A stretch of DNA of 64,000 bases from an uncultured Candidatus Rokubacteria bacterium (GCA_963826115.1 CAWGVS010000006.1:1120001-1184000), one strand, 5' to 3'; shown: positions 19,360 through 29,446, numbered from the stretch's first letter. Numbers and translations are program-made. Notes: a model not told the origin generated them from the letters alone.

Positions 19360-19796
19360 GTCGGGTGTCCTCTCGCGGCCCTCGGGCCGCCGTTCGACGG
19401 TGGAGCGCGTCACTCGAAATCTTACGTCGGCGCCGGCCGCGCACGAAGAGGGGTGCCTCGACGCCGGGCGAGTCGGGCGGCCGAGCTCCCGCCGCTGGCC
19501 TCATCGAAGCGTGGTGTTGCGTGACCACGGCTATCTCCGCATGCTGGGGGGGAAGAATATCCTGGAGTGGTCGGTGACGCCGTGGGAGGCGCTCCGCGCG
19601 ATGATCGAGCTGGGCAACGGGTGCGTGCACGCCGGGCGTGACCGAGCTCGTGCTCCGGGATCTTCTGGGTCCTTGACCGCTACGACCGCCCCTCGCGACC
19701 GGCGCGGCCGATCCTCGGCACCGGTCGCGCCATGACCTCGGAGAAGGCCGCGCGGACGCTCCGCGTCCGCGAGTGCGTGAAGCGGTACGCCGGGCC

Positions 19797-20759
19797 ATGA
19801 GCGGGGCCAGCCCCGCGGCGGAGCGCGCCGGGCGCCTGCGCGTGGCCGTCACGGGCGCCACGGGTCTCGTCGGCAGCGCCCTCGTGTCCGCGCTGCGCGA
19901 GGCGGGCCACCGCGTCGACCGCCTGAGCCGGCGGGTCCCGGCACCGGGGTCGACGGACGTCCAGTGGGATCCCGCCCGCGGCCAGCTCGACCCCCGCGCG
20001 CTGGAGGGCGTGGACGCGGTCGTCCACCTCGCGGGCGAGCCCATCGCCGCCCTGCGCTGGACGCCGGCGGTCAAGGCACGGATTCGCGGGAGCCGCGTGG
20101 ACGGCACCCGGCTCCTGGCCGAGACGCTGGCGCGCCTGCCGCGACGGCCGCGCGTGCTGGTCTCGACCTCCGGCGTCGGCTACTACGGGGATCGGGGCGA
20201 CGCGCCGCTCACCGAGGAGAGTCCGGCGGGCGCGGGCTTCCTCGCCGACGTGTGCCGCGCCTGGGAGGCGGCCGCCGACCCCGCGCGCGCCGCGGGCATC
20301 CGGGTCGTCCACCCGCGGGTCGGCGTCGTGCTCGCGGGCCACGGGGGCGCCCTGCCGCGGATCGCGCTCCCGTTCCGGCTCGGCGCGGGCGGCGTGATCG
20401 GCAGCGGCCGGCAGTACTGGAGCTGGATCGAGCTCGGCGACCTGGTGCGGGTCCTCGAGCTCTGCCTCGCGCTCGACGCGCTCGCCGGCCCGGTGAACGC
20501 GGTCGCGCCCGCGCCCGCGACCAACCGCGAGCTCACGCGCCTCCTGGGACGCGTGCTCGGGCGGCCCACCTGGGTCCCGCTCCCGGCGCCGGCGGTCCGG
20601 CTCCTCCTCGGCGAGATGGGGCAGGCGCTGCTCCTCGACAGCGCCCGCGTCCTGCCCCGTCACCTCGAGCGCGCCGGCTTCCGCTTCCGGCACCCGGAGC
20701 TCGAGGGCGCGCTCCGCGTGGCGCTCACGGGTGAGCCGGCGCGCGTCGTCCCCCGCTGA
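19797..20759 (+). CDS. TIGR01777/YfcH family NAD-dependent epimerase
   Basis: VTGATGLVGSAL, VVHLAGEPIA, SRVDGTRLL, GSGRQYWSWI, GFRFRHPELEGAL. Confidence 0.92.
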   Translation: MSGASPAAERAGRLRVAVTGATGLVGSALVSALREAGHRVDRLSRRVPAPGSTDVQWDPARGQLDPRALEGVDAVVHLAGEPIAALRWTPAVKARIRGSRVDGTRLLAETLARLPRRPRVLVSTSGVGYYGDRGDAPLTEESPAGAGFLADVCRAWEAAADPARAAGIRVVHPRVGVVLAGHGGALPRIALPFRLGAGGVIGSGRQYWSWIELGDLVRVLELCLALDALAGPVNAVAPAPATNRELTRLLGRVLGRPTWVPLPAPAVRLLLGEMGQALLLDSARVLPRHLERAGFRFRHPELEGALRVALTGEPARVVPR

Positions 20760-20872
20760 CCGGTGGCGGGCTCCGGTGCCGCGCGGGTCGGACGCGGCGA
20801 TACCAGTACAATTGGCGGGACCGGGAGGCGTGACGGAGCCGTGCCCTGCGTGAGGGTCAGAGCGGAATCTGA

Positions 20873-23827
20873 ATGAGAGGACTCGAGGCGCGGCTCGTTG
20901 CCGACGTCCGCGCGCTCCGCCGGCGCGATTCCCGCGGCGCCATCCTCCTCGCCGTGCCGAGCCGGCTCCTCGGGGCGCACGTCCGAGCGCGGGTGGTACG
21001 CGAGCTCGGCGGCGTCGCCGGGATCGACGTGGTGACGCTGCCCGAGGTGGCCGAGCGCGTTGCCCTCCTTCCGCTGGCGCTCGCCGGGCGCGCGCCCTTG
21101 CCGGCCGTCGCCGACCGGCTCCTCGTGGACCGCGCGATCCGCGCGACGGTGCCGCCGTCGGGCGGCTACTTCTCCGGGGTCGTCGACGCCCGGAACTTTC
21201 CGGCGGCGATGCTGCGGACGGTTCTCGATGTCAAGCACGCCGGGCTCGGCCCCGCCGACCTCGAGGCGGCCTTCCCGGAGAGCGCGAAGGTCCGCGAGCT
21301 GGCAGGCGTCCACCGCGAGCTCGAGGCGGGACTCCGCCGGCAGGGCTACTACGACGCCTCGGACCTCCTGGGCGAGGCCGCGCGCCTGGTGGCCGCCGAG
21401 CCGGCGCGGCTCGGGGCGATCGCGGTGCTGGCCTTCGGGTTCGTCGAGCTGAACCCGCTCGAGCTGCGCCTCCTCGAGGCGTGCGGCCGCGGGGCCGCCG
21501 TGCTCCGCTACGCGGCCGACGCCGGGGCGGCCGCGCCGCCGGAGGCCGCCGCCATCGAGATCGTCGCGGCGCCGGGCGAGGAGCGGGAGGTGCGGGAGAT
21601 CGCCCGCGTGATCCTCGGCCACGTCGAGGGCGGCGGCCGGCTCGACGAGGTCGGCGTCCTGCTCCGCCGCCCGGCCGCGTATCTCTCGGCGGTGCGGGAC
21701 GTGTTCGGCGCCGCGGGCATCCCGTACGTGCTCGGGACGGCGCCGGCGATCGGCGAGACGCGCGCGGGTCGGAGTCTCCGCCTCCTCGCCGAGGTGCGCC
21801 GCTCGGACTTCGCCCGCGCGGGGGTGATGGAGTTCCTCGCCTTCGCCGACCTCCGGCCCCGGCCGGGCACGAGCCCCGCGGAGTGGGAGCGGCTCTCCCG
21901 CCAGGCCGGTATCGTCGGCGGTGCGTACGAGTGGCGCGCGCGGCTCGACCGCCTGGACCGGCGGCTCGCGCCCGTGCCGGAGATCGAGGACGACGAGGAC
22001 GGCCGCGCCCGGCGGGCGGGGGACCGGGACGCGCTCGGCGCGTTGCGCCGCGCGGTCCGCGCGCTCCTCCGCGGGCTCTCGGGCCTGCCCGATCCCGCGC
22101 CGGTGGGCGCGCTGGTCGACGCCGTCACGCGGACGTTCCGGCGTCTCGTCGCGACGTCGCCGGAGGCCGAGCTGGCGCTCGGCGCCCTCGGCCGGTTGCG
22201 CGAGCTCGCGGCGCTCGACGCCGTCCTGCCGCTCGAGGAGTTCTGGACGCTCCTCGAGAGCGCGCTGGCCGTGCCGTCGGCGGCCGGCCCCGCGCCCGCG
22301 TCGGGCCGCGTCTTCGTCGGGGAGCTCGACGTCGCCCTCGGCGTCGACTTCCCGCTCACCATCGTGCCCGGGCTGGTCGAGGGGAGCTTCCCGGCGGCGC
22401 CCCGACAGGACCCGATCCTGCTCGACGCCGAGCGCCGGCGGCTCCCGGGGCTCCCGCTCGCGGAGGACGCGCGGGAGCTCGAGCGCGCGCGCTTCGCCCT
22501 CGCCGTCGGATCGGGCGCGCGCCGCGTCGTCCTCACGTATCCGCGGATCGACGCGGAGAACGGACGCCCGCGCGTGCCGTCGTTCCTGGTCCTGGACCTT
22601 CTCGAGACGGTGACGGGCCGGCGTCACGACTTCCAGACGCTCCAGTCCTTCCCCGGTTTCCAGTCGGTGCCCCTCCATCCGGCCCCGCCGTCCGCGCGCG
22701 AGCGCCCGCTCGACGAGCGAGAGTGGCTCGTGGCCCGCGCGCTTGCCGCGCGGTCGGAGCCGGAGGCGCTCCTCCGCGGGCTGCCGCGCGCCCGGCGCGG
22801 CCTCGAGACCATCCGCTCCCGGGAGCGGACGGACGTCCTCACGGTCTACGACGGTCTCCTCGACCACGGCGTGGACCTCGGCGAGGCGCCGCTCTCCCCG
22901 ACGGCGCTCGAGCGCTACGCGGCGTGCCCGTTCCGGTTCCTGCTCGAGCGCGTCTACCGCCTGCAGGCCGTCGAGGAGCCGGACCGCATCCTGACCCTCG
23001 ATCCGCGGGATCGCGGCGACCTGGTCCACGCGGTCCTGGAGGCGACCTTCCGCGGCCTCGCCGAGAGCGGCGAGCTGCCGCTGACCCACGCGCGACTCCC
23101 GGCGGCGCGCGAGGCCCTCGAGGCCGCGTTCGCCGACGCGTCCGCCGACGCGGAGCGGCGCGGCGTGACCGGGCTGCCCGCCCTGTGGGAGGGCGAGCGC
23201 GCCCGGCTTCGCGAGGAGCTCCTGTCGGCCCTCGAGGCCGAGGCGGACGACCCCGCCGGCTGGCGGCCCGCGCTGTTCGAGGCCGCCTTCGGCATCGAGG
23301 GCCGCGAGGGCGCGAGCCCCGCGCTCGTCTACCGCCTTCCGGACGGCACCGAGCTTCGCCTGCGTGGCCAGATCGACCGGGTCGACCTGTCGCCGGACGG
23401 CCGGCGGGCGCGCGTACTCGACTACAAGACCGGGCGGAACCGCTCACCGAGGACGCCGGACCGCCTCGCTCGGGGCCGCGCGCTCCAGCTGCCCGTCTAC
23501 CGGCTCGCGGCGGAGGCGATCCTGGCGGACCGGGGCGTCGCGACGGTGGACGAGGCGCAGTACTACCACGTGATCGGCCCGGACAGCGGCACGCGGGTCC
23601 GGTTCACCCGGAACGGCTGGGACACGCGCCGCGCCGACTTCGACCAGGTCCTCCGGACCATCGTCGACGGAATCCGGGCGGGGCGGTTCTTCCAGCGGCC
23701 GGGCACGTGCGCGCGGGGGCCGTGCGCCTTCGACCTCGCCTGCGGAGCCGAGCGCATCCGGTGGGCCGAGGCCAAGCGCGCCGACCCGTCGGTCGCGGCC
23801 CACGAGACGCTGGACTCGATCCCGTGA
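20873..23827 (+). CDS. addB: AddB-like subunit of helicase-nuclease (PD-(D/E)XK nuclease with 4Fe-4S)
   Basis: LSPTALERYAACPFRF, GDLVHAVLE, LRGQIDRVD, VLDYKTG, LQLPVY, CARGPCAFDLAC; directly upstream of a UvrD-like helicase. Confidence 0.85.
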   Translation: MRGLEARLVADVRALRRRDSRGAILLAVPSRLLGAHVRARVVRELGGVAGIDVVTLPEVAERVALLPLALAGRAPLPAVADRLLVDRAIRATVPPSGGYFSGVVDARNFPAAMLRTVLDVKHAGLGPADLEAAFPESAKVRELAGVHRELEAGLRRQGYYDASDLLGEAARLVAAEPARLGAIAVLAFGFVELNPLELRLLEACGRGAAVLRYAADAGAAAPPEAAAIEIVAAPGEEREVREIARVILGHVEGGGRLDEVGVLLRRPAAYLSAVRDVFGAAGIPYVLGTAPAIGETRAGRSLRLLAEVRRSDFARAGVMEFLAFADLRPRPGTSPAEWERLSRQAGIVGGAYEWRARLDRLDRRLAPVPEIEDDEDGRARRAGDRDALGALRRAVRALLRGLSGLPDPAPVGALVDAVTRTFRRLVATSPEAELALGALGRLRELAALDAVLPLEEFWTLLESALAVPSAAGPAPASGRVFVGELDVALGVDFPLTIVPGLVEGSFPAAPRQDPILLDAERRRLPGLPLAEDARELERARFALAVGSGARRVVLTYPRIDAENGRPRVPSFLVLDLLETVTGRRHDFQTLQSFPGFQSVPLHPAPPSARERPLDEREWLVARALAARSEPEALLRGLPRARRGLETIRSRERTDVLTVYDGLLDHGVDLGEAPLSPTALERYAACPFRFLLERVYRLQAVEEPDRILTLDPRDRGDLVHAVLEATFRGLAESGELPLTHARLPAAREALEAAFADASADAERRGVTGLPALWEGERARLREELLSALEAEADDPAGWRPALFEAAFGIEGREGASPALVYRLPDGTELRLRGQIDRVDLSPDGRRARVLDYKTGRNRSPRTPDRLARGRALQLPVYRLAAEAILADRGVATVDEAQYYHVIGPDSGTRVRFTRNGWDTRRADFDQVLRTIVDGIRAGRFFQRPGTCARGPCAFDLACGAERIRWAEAKRADPSVAAHETLDSIP

Positions 23828-26800
23828 GCCGCCCGGCCGCCGGCGACCTCGCCCCGCTCGTCGACCACGACGCGCGCCGCCGCGCGACCGACGACCTCGA
23901 CACCTCGTTCCTGGTCGAGGCCGCCGCCGGCAGCGGGAAGACGACGCTGCTCCTCGGCCGCATCGTGAACCTCGTCCGGCAGGGCCGGGCGCGTCTCGCG
24001 GAGATCGCGGCCGTCACCTTCACCGAGAAGGCGGCCGCAGACCTCCGGATCCGTCTCCGCGGGGCGCTCGCCCGCGCCGAGCTCCACGAGGCGCTGCGCG
24101 AGCTCGAGAGCGCCCGGATCGGCACGATCCACGCGTTCGCCGCGGGCCTGCTCCGCGAGCGCCCCGTCGAGGCCGGCGTCGACCCGGGCTTCACGGTGGC
24201 CGATCCGCTGACCTCGCGCCTCCTGCTCGACCGCACGTGGGAGACCTGGCTGCCGGAGACTCTCGCGGATCCGGCCACGGCGGACGCGGTGCGGCAGGCG
24301 ATCGAGCGCGGCTTTGGGCTCGAGCGGCTCCGCGACCTGGCCTTCGCGCTCGTGGACGCGCGGGACCGGCTCGGCGGGCTGCCGGATCCCGCGCCGTTCG
24401 CCGAGGCCCCGGCGGCCTTGAACGCGGACGTCCGCGCGACCATCGAGCGCCTGGCGGACCTGGCGCGCGGCGCCGTCAAGGACCCGGAGGACCGGGCGGC
24501 GAGCGCGCTCGAGGACCTGGCGAGCTGGGTGCGCCAGACCGCGGGGCTCGCCGAGGCGGACCAGGTGAGCGCGCTCCTCGGGCCGGGCCGGCTCCCCGAG
24601 AAGCCCGAGCGGCTCGGCAACAAGGCGAAGTGGCGCAACAAGAGCGCGCTGGAGGAGTGCCGCGCGGGACTGATCGCGCTCCGCGATCGGGTCGAGGCCG
24701 CCCGGGCGGTCGCGCGCCACAATCTCGTCGCGGGCCTCGCCCGCTGGGCGGCGGGTTTCGTCGGCGCCTTCGATCGGGCCAAGGCGCGGGCGGGGTGTCT
24801 CGACTTCCTCGATCTCCTGCTGCGGGCTCGCGACCTGGTGCGCGACCGGCCGGACGTCCGGCGCGACTTCCAGCGCGGGATCCGCTACCTCCTGGTCGAC
24901 GAGTTCCAGGACACGGACCCCCTCCAGCTCGAGATGGTGCTGAGCCTGGCGGAGGGCGCGCCCCCCGGGAGCCTCTTCGTCGTCGGCGACCCGAAGCAGA
25001 GCATCTATCGATTCCGGCGCGCGGACATCGAGACCTACGAGGAGGCGAAGGGGACCCTCGGCGGACGCGGTGAGGTCCTGACCATCCGCGCGAACTTCCG
25101 TAGCGCGCAGGGGCTCCTCGACGCGGTCAACCAGGTGTTCGAGGGGGTGATGGTCCCGCCGCCGGACGGCGCCTACCAGCCGGCGTACGTGGCGCTCGAA
25201 CCCTCGCCGCGCACCGGGCCGGGCGGACCTCCGGTCGTGCTCGCGCCGCCGCCCGAGGCGCCGCCGCCCATGAGCGCCGGCGAGGCCGCCCAGGAGGAGG
25301 CCCGGCTCGTCGCCGCGTACCTCGTCCGCGAGGTGGAGCACGCGCGGCGGTTCCGCTACGGCGACGTCGCGCTCCTGTTCCGCGCGATGACCAACGTGGT
25401 CGCGTACGAGGACGCGCTCCGGGCGGCCGGCATCCCGTTCCGCACCGTCGGTGGCCGCCACTACTACGACCGGTCGGAGGTGGGCTGGACGATCGCGGCG
25501 CTGGCGGCGATCGAGGATCCCCACGACCCGGTGGCGCTCCTGGGCGCGCTCCGGTCGCCCTTCTTCGGCGTCACCGACGAGGCGCTCCTCCGTCTCCACG
25601 AGCGGGGCGGGGAGTTCTGCTACCTCCGGCCGCTGCCGCCCGACGCCGATCCGGCGCTCGCCGACGCGTGGGGACTCCTCCGCACGCTTCACCGCGAGCG
25701 GAACGCGCTCGCGCCGGCCGCGGTGATCGAGCGGCTCCTCGCGGGCACCCAGGTCCTCGCCGCGTACGCGCTCGAGCCACAGGGCGAGGCGCGCGTCGCC
25801 AACCTACTGAAGGTCCTCGACACCGCGCGGGCGCTCGAGGCCACGGGCGCCCTCACGTTCCGCGGACTCGTCCGGTGGCTGCGCGACCGCGGCGCGGCCC
25901 GCTACGAGGAGGAGGAGTCGGCGGTCGATGCCGACGACGCGGTCCGCCTCATGACGATCCACAAGGCCAAGGGCCTCGAGTTCCCGGTGGTCGTCGTGCC
26001 GGACCTCGGACGCGAGGGCCCGTGGCGGCCCCCCGTGCTCCTGGCGGACCGCGAGTCCGGCCGCCTCGCGGTGAACCTGGGGAGCCTGGGCGACGCGGCG
26101 ATGACGACGCTCGACTGGGCCGACGTCGAGGCGCGGGAGATGCAGCGCGTGGACGCCGAGGCGCTGCGCGTGCTCTACGTCGCCCTGACGCGCGGCGAGC
26201 GGGAGCTCGTCCTGCCGGTGCCGACGCGGCCCGAGGGGAAGGGCTTCTTCCAGTACCTCGGCGCGCTCCTCGCCGTCCCGACGGACGTCCTCACCCGCGA
26301 GGACCTCGAGCGCGCCGGCCGCGGCCCGGAGCCGCCGCCCTCGACCGAGAGCGTCGTGGAGAGCCTCGACGCCTGGCGGGATCGTCATCGGGCGCTGATC
26401 GCCCGGGGTGGCGCACCCGCGCCGCCTGCCGAGGACGCGGCTCGACCGGCCCGCCTCGCCCGGGCGGCCCGCCAGCGCGCGGCGGCGGCCGCGCTGGCCC
26501 GCGCCGCGTTCCTTCTCCTCGATCTCGACCGGCCCGGAGACGCGCCGGCCGTCGTCCAGGCGCTCGGGACGCGGCGGGGCGCGCGGCCGGACGTGGTGGC
26601 CGAGGCCGCGCGGCTCCTCCGGGCGGCGCTCGCCGGATCGGTGATCGCGCGAGCCCGCGGCGCGACGTGGGTGGGGCGCGACGTGCCCGTCACGGTCGAG
26701 GTCGACGGCGCGATCGTCGAGGACCGGCTCGACCTCGTGCTCGAAGAGCCGGGTGGACTCGTGGTCGTACGGCTCGCGACTCCGGGCGAGGTCCCGCCGC

Positions 26801-26901
26801 GTCTGCCGGCGGAGGCGCTCGGGCCGGCGCTCGGCCGCCCCGTGCTGGACGTGCTGACCCTGGACCTCGCCGGGACGACCGGGGCCGCCGCGCCCGCCTA
26901 G
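23824..26901 (+). CDS. addA: AddA-like UvrD-family helicase with degenerate C-terminal nuclease domain
   Basis: EAAAGSGKTT, TFTEKAA, TIHAFA, LVDEFQDTDPLQ, VGDPKQSIYRFRRAD, MTIHKAKGLEF, LYVALTRG; GTG overlaps the addB stop. Confidence 0.88.
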   Translation: MSRPAAGDLAPLVDHDARRRATDDLDTSFLVEAAAGSGKTTLLLGRIVNLVRQGRARLAEIAAVTFTEKAAADLRIRLRGALARAELHEALRELESARIGTIHAFAAGLLRERPVEAGVDPGFTVADPLTSRLLLDRTWETWLPETLADPATADAVRQAIERGFGLERLRDLAFALVDARDRLGGLPDPAPFAEAPAALNADVRATIERLADLARGAVKDPEDRAASALEDLASWVRQTAGLAEADQVSALLGPGRLPEKPERLGNKAKWRNKSALEECRAGLIALRDRVEAARAVARHNLVAGLARWAAGFVGAFDRAKARAGCLDFLDLLLRARDLVRDRPDVRRDFQRGIRYLLVDEFQDTDPLQLEMVLSLAEGAPPGSLFVVGDPKQSIYRFRRADIETYEEAKGTLGGRGEVLTIRANFRSAQGLLDAVNQVFEGVMVPPPDGAYQPAYVALEPSPRTGPGGPPVVLAPPPEAPPPMSAGEAAQEEARLVAAYLVREVEHARRFRYGDVALLFRAMTNVVAYEDALRAAGIPFRTVGGRHYYDRSEVGWTIAALAAIEDPHDPVALLGALRSPFFGVTDEALLRLHERGGEFCYLRPLPPDADPALADAWGLLRTLHRERNALAPAAVIERLLAGTQVLAAYALEPQGEARVANLLKVLDTARALEATGALTFRGLVRWLRDRGAARYEEEESAVDADDAVRLMTIHKAKGLEFPVVVVPDLGREGPWRPPVLLADRESGRLAVNLGSLGDAAMTTLDWADVEAREMQRVDAEALRVLYVALTRGERELVLPVPTRPEGKGFFQYLGALLAVPTDVLTREDLERAGRGPEPPPSTESVVESLDAWRDRHRALIARGGAPAPPAEDAARPARLARAARQRAAAAALARAAFLLLDLDRPGDAPAVVQALGTRRGARPDVVAEAARLLRAALAGSVIARARGATWVGRDVPVTVEVDGAIVEDRLDLVLEEPGGLVVVRLATPGEVPPRLPAEALGPALGRPVLDVLTLDLAGTTGAAAPA

Positions 26902-28403
26902 ACGACGCCGGCCGAGACGGGCTGGCGAGGCCGCGGCGACGCGCCGAGGCGCGCGAGGGCCTGGTCCACCGCGCGCCCGAGCCGCCGCGCGCCCTCGACG
27001 ATCCGATCGGGCGGCAGCGCCGCGTAGCAGAGCCGGACGTGGTCCGTGCCCCCGCCGTTCGGGCTGAAGGCCGATCCGGACCGCACGCCGACGCCGTGCT
27101 CGAGCGCGATCGGATGGAGCGCGTCAGAGGTGAGGGGCGGCGGCAGCGTGGCCCACAGGTAGTACGAGCCGCCGGGCACACGGAAGCGAAGCCGCGGGCA
27201 GTGCTGGCGGAGCCCGTTGATGAGCGCGTCGCGCCGCGCGCGGCACTCGACGCGGAGCCGGGCCAGGTGCCGCTCCGCGTGGGGGCTTCCGATGAACGCC
27301 GCCGCCAGGCGCTGCGTGAGCGCGGCGGTGTGGAGATCCTCGAAGGTCTTCGCGACGGTCAGCGCCGCCATCGCCGGGATCGGCGCGACGAGCCAGCCCA
27401 CGCGGAGGCCGGGGAGGCCGAGCTTCGACCCGCCGCCCTGATAGATGACGACGCCGGCCGCGTCCTGGGCCTTGAGCGACGGCGGCGGCTCCTGCTCGAA
27501 GAAGAGGTCCCCGTAGAGATCGCTCTCCACCACCGGCACCCGGTACTGGAGCGCGAGCTCCAGCACTCGGCGGCGGCGCTCCGCGGTCAGCACCGCGCCC
27601 GTCGGATTCTGGAAGGCCGGGATCAGGTAGACGAGCTTCGGCCGGTAGCGGGCCAGCGCCTCTTCCAGGGCGTCGACGCGGACGCCGTCGTGGTCCACCG
27701 GCAGACCGACGACGTCGGCGCCCGCCCACCGGAAGGTGAGGAAGGCGCCGGGGTAGGTCGGATTCTCGGTCAGGACCACGTCGCCCGGCGTGATGAAGGC
27801 GCGGGAGATGACGTTGAGCCCCTGCTGGCCTCCGGTGGTGACCAGGATCTCCTCGGGCGCCGCGCGGATCCCACGGGAGCGGAGCCAGCCCGAGAGCGTC
27901 TCCCGGAGGACGGGGTCGCCCCACGCCGGCGCCGGGTTGTAGAGCACGCCATCGCCGCGGGGCAGGGCGTCCAGCAAGGCGTCGAGCGTCTCCACGGGAT
28001 AGAGATGGGGGTCGGGAAGCCCGTTGCCGAAGCCGACCACGTCGGGCCCGTCCGGCGCGGTGTACGCGACCTGCATGCCCTGGACCGCGACCGAGGTGAT
28101 GCGTTGCGCCCACGGGAGCGCCGCGTGCCGGGAGTCGGGCGGCGTGCCCACCACGATCGTTCCCCGGCCCACGTGCCCGCGGAGGATGCCCCGCGCCTGG
28201 AGCTCCTGGTAGGCCCCCGTCACGGTCGTCCGGCTGACCTCGAGCTCTAAGGCCAATTCTCGCTCGGCAGGGAGCCGATCGCCGATCCTGAGGCGCCCGG
28301 CCCGGAGCGCCTCCTCGATGGCATGGGCTACCTGGAGGTAGAGCGGCTCGCCGGAGCCGGCATCAGGACGCTCAATCAATGGCTCATTGCGGGGCTGTTT
28401 CAT
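26898..28403 (-). CDS. GntR/MocR family regulator (wHTH plus PLP aminotransferase domain)
   Basis: LPAERELALELEVSRTTV; FQNPTG; GSKLGLPGLRVGW. Confidence 0.92.
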   Translation of the reverse strand: MKQPRNEPLIERPDAGSGEPLYLQVAHAIEEALRAGRLRIGDRLPAERELALELEVSRTTVTGAYQELQARGILRGHVGRGTIVVGTPPDSRHAALPWAQRITSVAVQGMQVAYTAPDGPDVVGFGNGLPDPHLYPVETLDALLDALPRGDGVLYNPAPAWGDPVLRETLSGWLRSRGIRAAPEEILVTTGGQQGLNVISRAFITPGDVVLTENPTYPGAFLTFRWAGADVVGLPVDHDGVRVDALEEALARYRPKLVYLIPAFQNPTGAVLTAERRRRVLELALQYRVPVVESDLYGDLFFEQEPPPSLKAQDAAGVVIYQGGGSKLGLPGLRVGWLVAPIPAMAALTVAKTFEDLHTAALTQRLAAAFIGSPHAERHLARLRVECRARRDALINGLRQHCPRLRFRVPGGSYYLWATLPPPLTSDALHPIALEHGVGVRSGSAFSPNGGGTDHVRLCYAALPPDRIVEGARRLGRAVDQALARLGASPRPRQPVSAGVV

Positions 28404-28484
28404 TGGACCATCCCCCTCCGCGGCGCTGCCGCAGCGCTCCTGAACGGGACCCGAGCTGGTCGCGCCTCACATTGCCACTATACG

Positions 28485-28503
28485 TCCAATTGACTTGATT
28501 GGA
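28485..28503. promoter_or_regulatory. Inverted repeat TCCAAT-N7-ATTGGA, candidate MocR operator
   Basis: Lies in the AT-richer divergent intergenic region; a third ATTGGA at 28402-28407 overlaps the regulator start. Confidence 0.5.
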
Positions 28504-28557
28504 TATTGCCACTCGCGGGAGCATACCATACCCTCGAGTGCGAAGGGGGATACCAAG

Positions 28558-28770
28558 ATGATCGAGTCCAGTGTGATGGTCGACGTTCTGATCCGCGAGC
28601 GGGAGGCCGAGCTCCGGCAGCTCGCCCTGCGGCGCGCCGCGATGCGGGGGGCCACGCCCGAGCCCCGGCACTCGCTCCGCGAGCGCCTCGGGTACACGCT
28701 CATCCAGGCGGGGCGCGCGCTGCTCCGGCACGGCCCCGCGTACGCGACGGCTCGCCGCCGTCTCGCGTGA
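28558..28770 (+). CDS. Small hypothetical protein (70 aa)
   Basis: AAGGGGG RBS; helical REREAELRQLA...RERLGYTLIQAGRALL; GC3-rich codons. Confidence 0.7.
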   Translation: MIESSVMVDVLIREREAELRQLALRRAAMRGATPEPRHSLRERLGYTLIQAGRALLRHGPAYATARRRLA

Positions 28771-28783
28771 GGGGGAGGCTCCG

Positions 28784-29173
28784 ATGACGGTCCTGGCTAA
28801 CATGCTCTCGCTGATGCTGGCGTGTGTCGTGGGTGTCGGGCCGATCGCGGTCCTGGCGGCGATGCTGAACCGCCGGGACCGCCGGGCGGACGCGCTGTTT
28901 CACGAGGCCGCGAAGCAGCTACCGTCCGAGGCCCTCAGGAGCGACGTCGCCCTGGCGGTCCGCTGCGGCCTGTTCGCGCGCCGCGCCACCGTGCAGCTCG
29001 ACCTCGGCCGCGCCACGTCGCCGCAGATCTGGGAAACGGCCGCCCGGCTCCGGCGGGCGCTGCCGGCCTGGGTGAGCCTCGAGGTGGACGGGCACGTGGA
29101 CGGGCCGCTGGCCGGCCCGCGCCCGCTGCACATCACGGTGGAGAGCCCCGAGACGCTCCGCCGCGCCGCGTAG
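28784..29173 (+). CDS. Hypothetical protein with N-terminal TM helix
   Basis: GGGAGG RBS; hydrophobic N-terminus; followed by a terminator. Confidence 0.7.
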   Translation: MTVLANMLSLMLACVVGVGPIAVLAAMLNRRDRRADALFHEAAKQLPSEALRSDVALAVRCGLFARRATVQLDLGRATSPQIWETAARLRRALPAWVSLEVDGHVDGPLAGPRPLHITVESPETLRRAA

Positions 29174-29194
29174 TCCCGTCTTCTTCCTCGGTCC

Positions 29195-29236
29195 CGGCGC
29201 CGTCCCGCCTCGCGCGGGGCGGCGCCGCGGCTTTTT
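29195..29236 (+). terminator. Intrinsic terminator
   Basis: 14-bp stem CGGCGCCGTCCCGC/GCGGGGCGGCGCCG, with TTTTT starting 5 nt after the stem. Confidence 0.7.
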
Positions 29237-29249
29237 GCCCGCCCGTCGT

Positions 29250-29446
29250 TCGCAGTTCTGCGGACGCGCGTCTCAAGTTTGAGTCGCAGCGCGCCCGGGG
29301 AGGCAGGCCCGGTCACGCTCCCGAGCGGCTCCGGCCGGGCGTGGGGCGATCGTGAACGCCCAGCATTCACGCGCCCGCGCGCCGGCCGCGCCGCCGCCGC
29401 GCTCGCCGAGCGTCCTCTCCGCGCCGCCGACGGCATCTTCGTTGCA
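29250..29446 (+). promoter_or_regulatory. sigma54 (-24/-12) promoter with two upstream palindromic activator sites
   Basis: CGGCATCTTCGTTGCA at 29431-29446 (GG-N10-GC); palindromes TCGCAGTTCTGCGG (29250-29263) and GTCTCAAGTTTGAGTC (29270-29285). Confidence 0.6.

Noticed and set aside
21481-26901. 1806-aa giant helicase ORF
   Set aside because: The first ~780 codons are an out-of-frame shadow of addB; the real AddA starts at GTG 23824.
20873-26901. Helicase-nuclease pair as an anti-phage defence system
   Set aside because: Order, sizes and the Fe-S staple match housekeeping AddAB; no defence-island context.
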